A stretch of 64,000 bases of DNA, from the NCBI GenBank assembly GCA_964016885.1, contig OZ024743.1, positions 165,106,001-165,170,000 of the forward strand, given 5' to 3'. This stretch comes from Eledone cirrhosa. Its lineage: Eukaryota. The translations under genes were made by a program, and so were the position numbers. The notes beneath the pieces are model-generated. The model was not told the origin of the DNA. It did not search any database and was given only the letters and a program-made list of their open reading frames with translations. This document shows, one piece after another, positions 8,701-19,237 of this stretch. Positions within the stretch are counted from its first letter, which is position 1. Every line of letters begins with the position of its first letter.

Positions 8701-11700
8701 AACTTATGGACAAATATCTCTATCATTGTACCGAGCTTTGCGTCGAGATTTAAAATGGATTTTCGTCGTAGCGGACCTACCCCATCCTATTCTCGGTGCA
8801 GATTTCTTACACCACTATTCGCTGTTAGATGTCAGGAGACAGAAACTTGTGGATGGCACCACATCCTTATCTACGCCTGCTTGTGGTTCTACTGTTACTG
8901 CCATAAGTCCCGCGTGTTTCATAGCTGCCTCTGGAAACCAGTTTCATTCTCTTCTTGCCTCGTTTCCCGAGTTAACTGACATTTCATTTAAACCGAACCA
9001 AGTAATCCACTCGACTCGACATTTTATTACAACAACTGCTCCGCCTGTTTTTTCTCGGCCACGTAGGCTGGCTCTAGGCAGGATAAAAAAAAGCCAGGGA
9101 TGAGTTCGATCACATGCTTCAGCTTGGTCTTATACGACCGTCCACCAGCCCATGGGTATCCCCGCTTCATTTGGCTCGTAAGGGTGGGGCAGATTTTAGA
9201 CCGGTGGGTGATTATAGACGACTTAACGCTATCACTACACCTGATCGTTATCATCTACCAAATTTACAGGATTTTTCATCCGCTCTGCATGGATGCAAGA
9301 TATTTTCTAAAATAGATCTGGTACGGGTTTACCATCAAATACCCATGCATCCGGAAGACATACCAAAAACAGCTGTGACCACCCCTTTTGGTTCGTTTGA
9401 ATTTCTATCCATGCCTTTTGGTTTGCGGAATGGTTCTAGTACGTTCCAGCGTTTTATCGATGAAGTCACGCGTGGATTGTATTTCGTGTTTGCTTACGTT
9501 GATAATCTCCTGATAGCCAGTGATTCGGATGAACACCATCATCAACATCTATCTCAGTTATTTCAACGTCTCCAATCGTACCAAGTCAGAATCAACCCAG
9601 CTAAATGTGTGTTTGGTACAGATTCACTATAATTCTTTGGACACCTTATAGATTCAGAAGGCATTCGTCCTTTGCCATCTAAAGTAGAGGCGACTCAGCA
9701 ATTAGCACCATCAACATCCTTGAGACAATTACGCCATTTCTTGGAATTAATTAACTTTTATCGTCGCTTTATTCCTAACTGTGCGGACAAGTTGTTCCCC
9801 TTGACACAGTTTTAAAGGCTGCAAAAAAGAAAGACGCTCCTATTTCACTTTCTGCCGATGCATTGCAGTCTTTTGAATCCGTCAAGGCGAGACTTTCCTT
9901 ATCTGTTGATGAATCTGATCGTGCTGTTGGCGCAGTTTTGCAACAGGTAATCGATCACCAGATTCAACCACTGGCGTTTTTCTCACGCCAATTAAAACCA
10001 GTAGAACAACGATACAGTACCTTTGACAGGGAGCTTCTAGCGATTTATCTTGCTGTGAGACATTTCCACCATTTTCTTGAAGGTCGGGAATTCACGGTAT
10101 TCACAGACCATAAACCTCTCACATTCGCTCTTCACACCAAATCCGACAAGTACTCTCCGAGAGCGTATAGGCATCTGGATCTCATCTCACAGTATACCAG
10201 TGACATTCGTCACATAGCTGGAAATGCCATCATACCTGCGGACACACTATCTCAACTTTCTGTGTGTTCTCTTGCGTCTCCTGCACATATCAATTTAGTT
10301 GCCATTGCAACTGACCAACCTACTTTGGATTCGATGAACATTTCTTCTACCCAACTTTCCTGCTGTAAGTTTCATTATTTACCTCTTCCATCCGCTGAAG
10401 GAAAAATTCTTTGCGATATTTCTACTGGATCACCCAGACCGTTTGTTCCGGATTGTCATCAGCGTACCGTTTTTTGATGCACTTCATTCCTTGTCACATC
10501 CTGGCATAGCTGCCACGGTGAAGCTTATTACGGCTCGATTCTTCTGGCCTAATATGCGTCGTTTAATTGGGCACGTTCTTGCTTGAAGTGTCAGCGCTCC
10601 AAGATTCATCGGCATGTCCGCGCTCATCTTGGGAAATTCAGCCCGCCAGACGCACGTTTCCGTCATATACACACATGGATATTGTTGGTCCATGGCCCGT
10701 TAGTCGTGGGTTCACATATATATTGACTTGTATCGATCATTTCTCTCGGTGGCCTGAAGCCATACCCTCGTGGACATAACAGCTGAGTCCGTTGCTCGAG
10801 CTTTCATTTCCAATTGGATTGCTCGTTTCGGTGATCCCACTAAAATAACTACGGATCGTGGACGCCAATTTGAGGCTTCCTTATTTCGTGCACTATCACG
10901 ACTCTTGGGTGCTCATCACATCTACCACCCAGCCTCTAATGGAATGGTCGAGAGGTTTCATAGACAGTTGAAAGCTGCACTTCGCGCTACTCCTGATCCG
11001 CAACGTTGGACTGAATTTTTGCCAATCGTGCTTCTTGATTGTCGTTCTGCCATTAAGACAAATTTAGGTTTTTCGTCTGCTGATGACTTTATGGTACCAC
11101 ATTGTCTCTTCCTGGACAAATGTTAGCACTAGTGGATTCATCACATCTTGACCCAGCATCATATGTCACCAGGATTCGTTCGTATTTCTCGGATCTTCCA
11201 CCGATGAACCCTCGTGACCAATCTATTTCTTCTGCTGTCCCATCGGACATCTCTACGTGGACACATATTTTCATACGGAATGATTCCGTCAAGGGACCTC
11301 TTACGTCACCTTATAATGACCTTTTCGTGTGCTTTCGCACACACCCAAACATTTCACAGTGGCTGTCAATGGCCGAAAAGAGACAATATCCATTGACAGA
11401 GCAAAAAAGGCTTTCTCCGAAAGTCTCATCACACTGCCTGATACACCTCGTACATACACTCCTACACCCACAACTTCACCTCCACCGCAAACACCACATA
11501 CCACACAACCTTATGTCAAACGAGGTGGCAGGACGGTAAAATGGCCAAAAAAGCTATCAAAAACAATATACATTTAACCTCTAGTGGCATTAACATACCT
11601 CTTCTTTTCAGTTTCAGATAGAACTAGTGTCAGAAAAGTCTGTACACTAGTGATGTATGAACTATTTGACTTTGAAAAACATTGATTTTACCATTGAACA

Positions 11701-11924
11701 TCAATATTCTCTGCTCCTTTGTATGACTATGATTTATCAATCGTTACATTCAAACATTCTTTGTAAAAATGCATTACTTGTTTTATGCTCATTTTTGCTA
11801 TTTGCTTGCTCATGTTTTATTCATTCATGTTCTTGTACCTTTTGTTTTGCTCCTCATTTCTTACATGTTCTCGCTACAATGATATTCATTTGGTTATTCG
11901 ACTTCTCGTCTGAGAGGGGAGTCT

Positions 11925-12377
11925 TGTAGCGCTCTCTAGACAAAGGAAGTAGCTAGAGTTACTTCCCGTGGAAATTCTAGAACCTTCTTTGTAACTTCCG
12001 GTAAAAGGATATAAATAGAGGGAACGCAAATCAAGCTCTCTCTCTCTTTTGGCGCCTTCCTTCGAATTGACAACTCTGAAGACAAGCATGTTAACTTCTC
12101 TCTAACCACCGATCATGGATCTGGATTATACCAATATGTAGAAGAATATTTACTAACCACAATTGTAACATGGAGCTACAATAAAATGAAGACTTATATT
12201 TGATACTCGTTCCGAGAAACTGCCTACGTTTTATCATTACCTTTGTAATGGGAATTAACTCTCATTCGACATGGTGTTATATAAAAAATCTCTTATACTT
12301 TTCTTTATTAAATTTAGTAGCTAGATTCCGGTGGTATTTACTGGAGTAAATAACCCTGGGTCTAGCAACACACTAAA
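11925..12377 (+). repeat. 3' LTR of element C (453 bp)
   Basis: Direct repeat of 5498-5955, preceded by the PPT and followed by the TSD. Confidence 0.95.
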
Positions 12378-12594
12378 AATCCTCCCAGTTGAAAAGATAC
12401 CAATGAGTGAGCATGGAGAATATGCACGCCTATTATTAAAGGCACCATGAGAGGTTTAATCTCAAATAAATTTGCTGAATATTATATATTGTTACAGGCA
12501 ATTTGACAATGTTTTTAACCTGAGATGTGAACTTTTGATTTGTCTGCCATAGAGATAATATTTCAATAAGGTTGGATATCGAGGTTACATTTTC

Positions 12595-12890
12595 ATCATC
12601 ATCCAGTGGCCTCAGCCAAAATCAACTCAACAATTGATCTCCACGAGGGTGCCGTTCATTGCCATTTCCAAGTCCTGGATTTAAAAACCAGAATCTCTAG
12701 AGATGACATCAGGATAGGAGATCTTGCGCCCCCTGTTATTAGTGATCACCTGTGGTTTCGAGAGCACTAGTGGGGACACAGCCTCAGAGGTAGCACAATG
12801 GCAGTGGCCTGCAAATCTTACTCTCCTTTTATGTACAACGACAGATATACGAGAGATCAGATCCTGTGTCGATAAGCTTTTCAATAGCAT
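12595..12890 (-). mobile_element. 3' fragment of an RTE/RTE-X-like LINE inside the old Gypsy element
   Basis: RISVVVHKRRVRFAGHCHC...RGRKISYPDVISRDSG resembles an RTE C-terminus, and there is a short (GAT)n tail at about 12595. Confidence 0.6.
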
Positions 12891-14599
12891 GTCCATTTAT
12901 ATGTGATATTCTTTTATGTTGTTTATCTCTGCCACAAACTTGAGCTAGTATTGTATCTGAATCTGAAGTACCTTCTTCAACTGAGTTATTTATAGGCTGC
13001 AAAGCTACAATTTTTTGCTTAGACCTTGATTTGTTTTTGGCTAAGCATACAGATTTCCAATGCTCTTACTTATGCAGTTGTTGCGGATTGAATCTTTTGC
13101 AGGACAGCTTGAGCATTCATGCCTTCGCCTTCCACAAAAGAAGTATTTGCCCATATTGCTACGGATAGACGATATGGATGGTTACACTGAAACTGATTTT
13201 TGTAGCAGACGCGTGATGAAAGTCTTTAATTGATAACTCGAGTGTAAAAGCCTGTTTATGAATATTTGAGAGAATTTTCATCAGTTGATTCTAATAGTCT
13301 TTGCCTTATTTGTGAGGATAATAGCCCAGAAATGAAGGCATCAGCAGCAAGCATATCATGATGTTGATCAACAGTCAATGCTCGAGTTGGACATTTTCTT
13401 GCTAAATGTTTTAGTTCATTCATGAAGTCATCAACTGATTCACCTTCCATTTGCTTTCGCATTCTTAGTTTGTGACGTATCATTATGGCTGTAGATTGCT
13501 TATTAAATTTGTCATATAGATTGGCAATAAATTGGTTGTAATTCATACAATCTTGAATGTAAACGAAAGTTTTGTGACCACATAACACAAATAATACTGA
13601 GTTTATCTTCTTCTGATATTTCAGCTTTTTTCATATAAATCTCAAGCATTCACTTCCAGTAGAGATACTCTTCCTCGGTAGAACGTTCACTGAGAGTCTT
13701 CTTGAAGAATTTAGCATGCATGTCAATGAAGATTGGAATAAATTGAGCATGACTAATTCACAGTAGTAAGAAGTGATAAGGCTTTATTCCAATCTTCATT
13801 GACAATACAAAATTATGAACACTTGCATTTTGTGTTGCCATTGATTCAAACGAATTTCATAACAGAGAACATTCTACTATGACCAGAACAAAGATAAAAA
13901 GCGAAATAAGAATAAACCACGATCAATTACATATGATCACCTCAGACTGTAGCAAAATCTTGTCACACATACTGAACCCCTAAATGACATGGCGTGCTGT
14001 TTTTCTTTATCTCATGTTGGTGCCAGCAGTCTGGAGAAACTGACCAACTTGGAGTTATTTGAGATTAAATTTTCTCAAGGCCATTCAGCTCTTGTTTCTC
14101 AAAAGAGAAAGACATCACTTTGAGTTGCTCAAGCAAACAAATAGATGTAGCACTTAGCCATAAAACTCCAGCCCTTTCAACAGAGTTTGTACCTCAATAA
14201 TGGTTAGTTCAATGCATCTTGTCAGACAGCTGCATTCATGCAAACCAACCACACAAACATAACACACAATTCATTTGATTCTTTGTTGTTTTCCTGCTTT
14301 GTCAAAAATATATTTCTTAATAAAAATTCTTAAAGTAGTGATGTTTGTTATTGTTTATCAGATATTTTTAATGGCAGCTTTACTTTCAACCACTGACTAT
14401 GGCAGCGAGTACAGCCACTCACTGAGACACACACACTCAATTCATTTGTCATAAGTCACACATTTCCTACAGTGCTTATATGGGAGAGAGCAATTCATGG
14501 AATCACCCATCAAGCCAAAAATATAACTACTACAACATCTACCACACCAATATGAACAATAATATCAAACTCAAACCACTTCTCCCGCTACATAAAAAA

Positions 14600-16472
14600 A
14601 AAAATACATCTCTACAAGACAACATCAGGAAGGCAATTGTATCTTTTCCTGCAGGGATTGATGGTCTACGATTTCAGCATTTCAAGGATAGTATCTCCCT
14701 GTCAGCCAGTGATGCCGGCCTTGAGCTCTTAGAGAACCTAACCCAGTTTGTTAACATAGTTTCATCCAAGAGTGTCCTTCCCTACATTCGCCCTCTGTTC
14801 TTAGGAGCTAAACTGTTTGGTCTCACAAAGGACAATGGTGACCTCCTCCCCATAGAAGTTGGGTGTACTCTGCAACGGCTTACAGTGAAAGTGTGTCTGT
14901 CCTCAGATAAAGACTGCCTGTCAGCCAAATCTTTTCTTATTTATCTAGGGGTGTGAATTGCTCACACCACTAGAGCTTTAATCAACTTGCCTTCTGAGAT
15001 CCCAAAGATTATCCTCAAACTAGATCTCAGGAGTGCCTTCAATTCCATCATGTCATCCTCTGTTCAGTAAGGGAGAGGGCCCCACAGCTCAACCACTACT
15101 TTGGTTACCATTTCATCCTATCTGCCTCAGGGGTCCAACAGGGTGACTCTCTCGGACCTGTTCTATTCGCTCTGGGTATCAATGATGTTACCAAGATGGG
15201 AGCTGACCTGGATTTGAATGGTAACTGGATAAAGCTTGTTTGTGGGGTCCGTCAGATAAGGTCCTTGCAACCATGAGGACAATGATTGAGGAACTTGATC
15301 ATAGGGGTCTTCATGTCAATAGTTCCAAATGCAAGCTCTAGCTCCTCAACCACACAGCTTCACATCAGCAGACTTTAAACCTGTTTACAGATTCCTTCCC
15401 AGCTATCAGGGTTCCTCCCTCATCCATGTGGTGCTCCCTTAGAGCCCCAATTACTGACAAAACCTTCAAGTCCTTCTTTCGATCCAAGTTGGCTAACCTC
15501 AAGCAAACTTCTTAAAAAGCTTGAGGTTATTGAACCCCACCAAGGATTTTTATATTTAGGATTTTCTTATCGATTCCTAAGTTGTATTTTCTCAGGGTTA
15601 GTCCATTATAGATTCTCATCATCTCTCCAGTGCTTTGACAACTTAATCTTCAGTGAACTTGAAATCTTGATCAATGTCAAACTCTCTCCAGAGTCCCGTG
15701 TAGTTTATTGGTCTAGGTCTGCGTAAATGTTTGTCTGTCTCTTCCTTGTTTTATTTCCTCCAACCACTTTTGCTCTCCTTTCCAGCATGTCAGTGGGGTT
15801 CTGAAATGTTGCTGTAGTATGCCCCTCAACTCCACAGGCTTCCATAGTTTGTCTTGCTACCTGAATGCTGGTCGTTTCGCCTGCTACACTGAGCTAAACC
15901 TGATCATTAATTGGGCCCTAGCTTGGGTAAATATCCTCTCAGTTCTGATGGTCTTATCATTTGTCCCTGGGTAAGAGGTAGATGTCTCATCTGGGACGTC
16001 ACAGTCAGTGACTCTTTTGCTCCCTCCCACATCCCAGATGCTGTGGTAAATGTGAGGGTCACTGCTTCTGTAGCTGAACAGAATAAAATTCAAAAGTACT
16101 GGAAATTATCAGTAAACCATTTCTTCCAGCCTGTGATGTTGTAGATGTTTGGGGGAGCTGGGCTGCTGACAGCAAAGTTCTTGTCATTATTAGCGGCTTG
16201 CCATACCAAGGTATGAGGTGATGACCATGAGGATGCTTAGTTGTTTCAGCGCCTTGACCTCACCATCACCTGCAGTAATGCTGTAAACATGTTGGCGTGT
16301 CTCAAACATTTCTGGTGACCCTAATGGTGTGTTCAATTGATGCACTTAGTGTTGAATTGATGCATTTCTTTTTTTTTCTCGCTTTGATTATATATTTTTA
16401 GTATTATATTTATAATTAATTGATTATAAACTTCTATTTAGTCTTATATATTTGTTATATAATAATAAAAAA
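14600..16472 (+). mobile_element. Degenerate CRE-clade (RLE-type) non-LTR retrotransposon
   Basis: GIDGLRFQHFKD...LFGLTKDNGDLLPIEVGCTLQRL, GVQQGDSLGPVLF, and RLE-like DGLIICPWVRGRCLIWDVTVSDSFA...AEQNKIQKY. AT-rich 3' UTR ending in an A-rich tail. Confidence 0.75.
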
Positions 16473-16489
16473 CATTACATACGGATTTA

Positions 16490-17163
16490 AAACATACAAA
16501 AACAGCAAAGCATAAATAAACTAAGAGAGAAATCAAGCGTAAGAGGAATCAGTCGTTGCATGCAGGAGAGGAGATTGCATTGGTATGGATATGTGATGCA
16601 TATGATGGATGACAGTTGAATAAAAAGGTGCAGAATGCTCAAAGTTGATAGTAGCCATGGAGTGGGCAGACCTAGGAAGACTTGAGATGAGATAATAAAA
16701 ACTGACCTTGCACAATTACACCTCACCAAGGCAATCACACAGGACTGCGACCTCTGGTGCTATGCAGTCCTACAAACGACCCGCTCTCCCATATGCTTGA
16801 GCTGAGGCATATATCGAATAGGCTACACCTTCCTCTACCTTCTCCCCTCACATACACCTCTCTTTGTGGTAACGATCCCTCCCCTATTACCTACGTCTGC
16901 AATTTCCCCAAGCTTCCTCCCTAGTTCTAAGACAAAAAGTACCCAGTTCATATTGTAATGTGGTCATGTAGGTGACATGACAAAAAGCACCCAGCACACA
17001 CTGTAAATGTGGTTGGCGTTAGTAAGGACACACAGCTGTAGAAACCAAGCCAAAATCTGCCCCGGGTGAGCTAAACATGGTCCTCTGACCTGATTCTCTC
17101 CCTAAAGGTCAACCCGTCCTATCCATGCTAGTGTGGAAGATGGACGTTTAATGATGATGATGG
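16490..17163 (+). mobile_element. RTE LINE 3' end
   Basis: Homologous (inverted) to 19238-19930: RRLHWYGYV...GRPRKT, the conserved 3' UTR and a (GAT)n tail. Confidence 0.85.
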
Positions 17164-17867
17164 TGACCTGAATTAACCTGCTTTTTCTCTAAGGAATTTT
17201 TTTCCATTTCTGCCACTGCTCACTCTCATTCTATTTCTTCTTTAATCTCTCATTCTATTTTCTAGTGAAGGGCTAGCATCTGGTACGTTAGGTCTCTTTT
17301 GTTACCATATCAAGTGTAAAACTAATAATACATTTCTTCATTGTACTGTGTCATTTGCTTTGTTATTTCTGTTTGTCTTTTGCATATATATATATATATG
17401 CAGGGATCTATTGTCATATATATACGACCACATTATCCAATGTTCTTCTTCATCATCATTTTATGTCCGTTTTCCATGCTGGTTGTGATAGGAGGAATTT
17501 CTAGTGGGTCATTTGTTTACATAGATTCTCTTTCTTTAGCTCGTAGATTAATGTTTTAGTAATTTTCAACTTGGTAGAGTGCACTCTTCCAAGACATGGA
17601 GTGAGGTTTTGAACTGGGTTTGAAAGAGGAACTAGATTTAGGTGAGAAAGAGATATATTATAGCAGCTCTTGTAACTTATTATAGTGTATCTAGTGCAAA
17701 GATGAGATGGTGGTGTTATGGTTTTTATTCATTGTTGTGTGTGTACTCACCAGTGGATTGCTCAGTGGTGTGGTCACTGCTGTGTGGAGTGTAGGCGAAG
17801 GAGATTGATGTGCCTGATACAGTGTGACTAGAGATTACAGGTGTGCAATTAAGTGAGTAAGTGTTCT

Positions 17868-17912
17868 TTATGATGATGATGATGTGATGATTTCTTGGGT
17901 AAGTGATTTACT
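17868..17912 (-). CDS. Possible terminal coding exon of the SCLT1-like gene (SKSLTQEIITSSSS*)
   Basis: Pyrimidine tract plus CAG acceptor and compatible phase only. No homology support. Confidence 0.2.
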   Translation of the reverse strand, partial: SKSLTQEIITSSSS

Positions 17913-18022
17913 CTGATCACATAGGAAAAAAAATTATATAAACCATAATAACGGTTTACCAGCTGTTATGCTACTAATTTATTAAATGTAACTTGCAAAG
18001 GTATCATTAAAAATGTATTTAC

Positions 18023-18086
18023 CAAACTTCTGCTGATGGGATGAATTTCCCTGGCCTGGTTGGGAGAGAGACCCGAAGGGGTTGGT
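18023..18086 (-). CDS. Possible exon of the SCLT1-like gene (PTPSGLSPNQAREIHPISRSL)
   Basis: cttacag acceptor and gtaaat donor; open in the phase left by the 27896 donor. No homology support. Confidence 0.3.
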
Positions 18087-19237
18087 CTGTAAGACAGTTG
18101 ACCACTACATCTTAGCTGGTCGGTATAAATTCTGCAACTGCTGTGTTTGACTATGGGATCAGGCTATTTATCTGGATTCCATTTTTTTTGTCTCCAGGAC
18201 ATGAGATGGCTGTTTGATATGTCAAAATCTCAGACATAGTGGCGACCAAAAGCTCATTTATAATGGAACTTATCTATGAGGCCATCAAAGGGCAGCTTAA
18301 TGGTGTGAAAGAAACTCTATTGATGAGAATATCAAATTATTGCTACAGTATAAAGAGTTAGGGTGTATGTATGCTAAATTTTAATCTATCCACAAAGAAT
18401 GCATCAGACATTTCCTGACTTAATTCTCAGATTTATAAATATTTGGTCTCAATTTTTTTATTCTCATATAATGTTGGGAATGAAGATTTTAAAGTCAAAT
18501 TATCCTTTCTACTCTTTTTCACCCCCACCACTAAATCAAAACCATATTCCCTTTTTTGAAAAATTCCACTCTGGATATGCTTGATAGTCTCAAGAGTCAG
18601 GGCCTGGGTAGTTAACGCCCTAGACTAGGTTTGCTCCATCCTCCCACCAAAAATTAATTTCAACTTACAGTTTGGTAAGCTGTTAGATACCTCTTGTTCT
18701 AACCACACTAAGAAAATTACTAAGTCTGAGTTTACTACCCATGTTAAATCCTGCCACAGGTCATAAAATCACACAACCTATTCCACCACCTTGGATATTT
18801 CCACAACACATGGCAAAGATATTTAGTGATATATTTATCGATTGCAGGATATTATTATATATTTAATTACACAAATTTTTATAAAATTGTTCCTTTCAAG
18901 TTCAGTAATATACTTCTCCAAAATCTGCACTCTAGGCAGCTGCCTATTTGGCCTTAATGGTAGTGCCAGCCTTGTCAAGTGGTACAGCTGTTTATGATCA
19001 AATAGAATGTGTTAGATATCACTATATATCTCAGTTAATGACTTACATTTTTATTTTATATTTGGTCCTCTAATGTATTGTATGTTAAGCACCATACTTA
19101 ACTCTATTTACATGTCTTTATTTTTTTTACTTTTCTTAAAAGCATATCTGTTCTAAGGCATAGTTTCCTATATGCCTGCCATTGGGCTTCACAGACTTAT
19201 GAAGAGTATATTTTTCTATTGTTTGGAGGACACTTCA

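Larger units (their letters stand above)
6515..11577 (+). pseudogene. pol of element C (protease split by element D; RT, RNase H, integrase) with multiple frameshifts and stops
   Basis: FMVDIGSNCSIWP...SPIKT|YGQISL...ILGADFL; [10 protein letters not shown]...FSKIDL...MPFGLRN...AYVDNLL; YSTFDRELLAIY...FTDHKPL; HMDIVGP...TTDRGRQFE...[13 protein letters not shown]. Confidence 0.92.
5498..12377 (+). mobile_element. CsRn1-like Gypsy LTR retrotransposon C with both LTRs; defective
   Basis: Direct repeats 5498-5955 and 11925-12377, TSD AATC (5494-5497 and 12378-12381), PBS TGGTGACCCTAACGT (5957-5971), PPT GAGAGGGGAG (11912-11921), and PR-RT-RH-IN domain order. Confidence 0.95.
3530..13931 (-). mobile_element. 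Old degenerate Gypsy LTR retrotransposon, split by later insertions
   Basis: Collinear minus-strand remnants: putative LTR 13931-13744, gag 13720-13000 (RKQMEGESVDDFMNEL, DAFISGL, Cys/His knuckle), protease 12590-12382 continuing across the AATC TSD at 5497, RT 5400-4890 (VVDYSKTINLYTPLDSYP), RNase H 4480-4050 (ARWKLEL, ENKAVDALSR), integrase 4000-3640 (LSMDFVGPLP). The 3' boundary is approximate. Confidence 0.75.
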
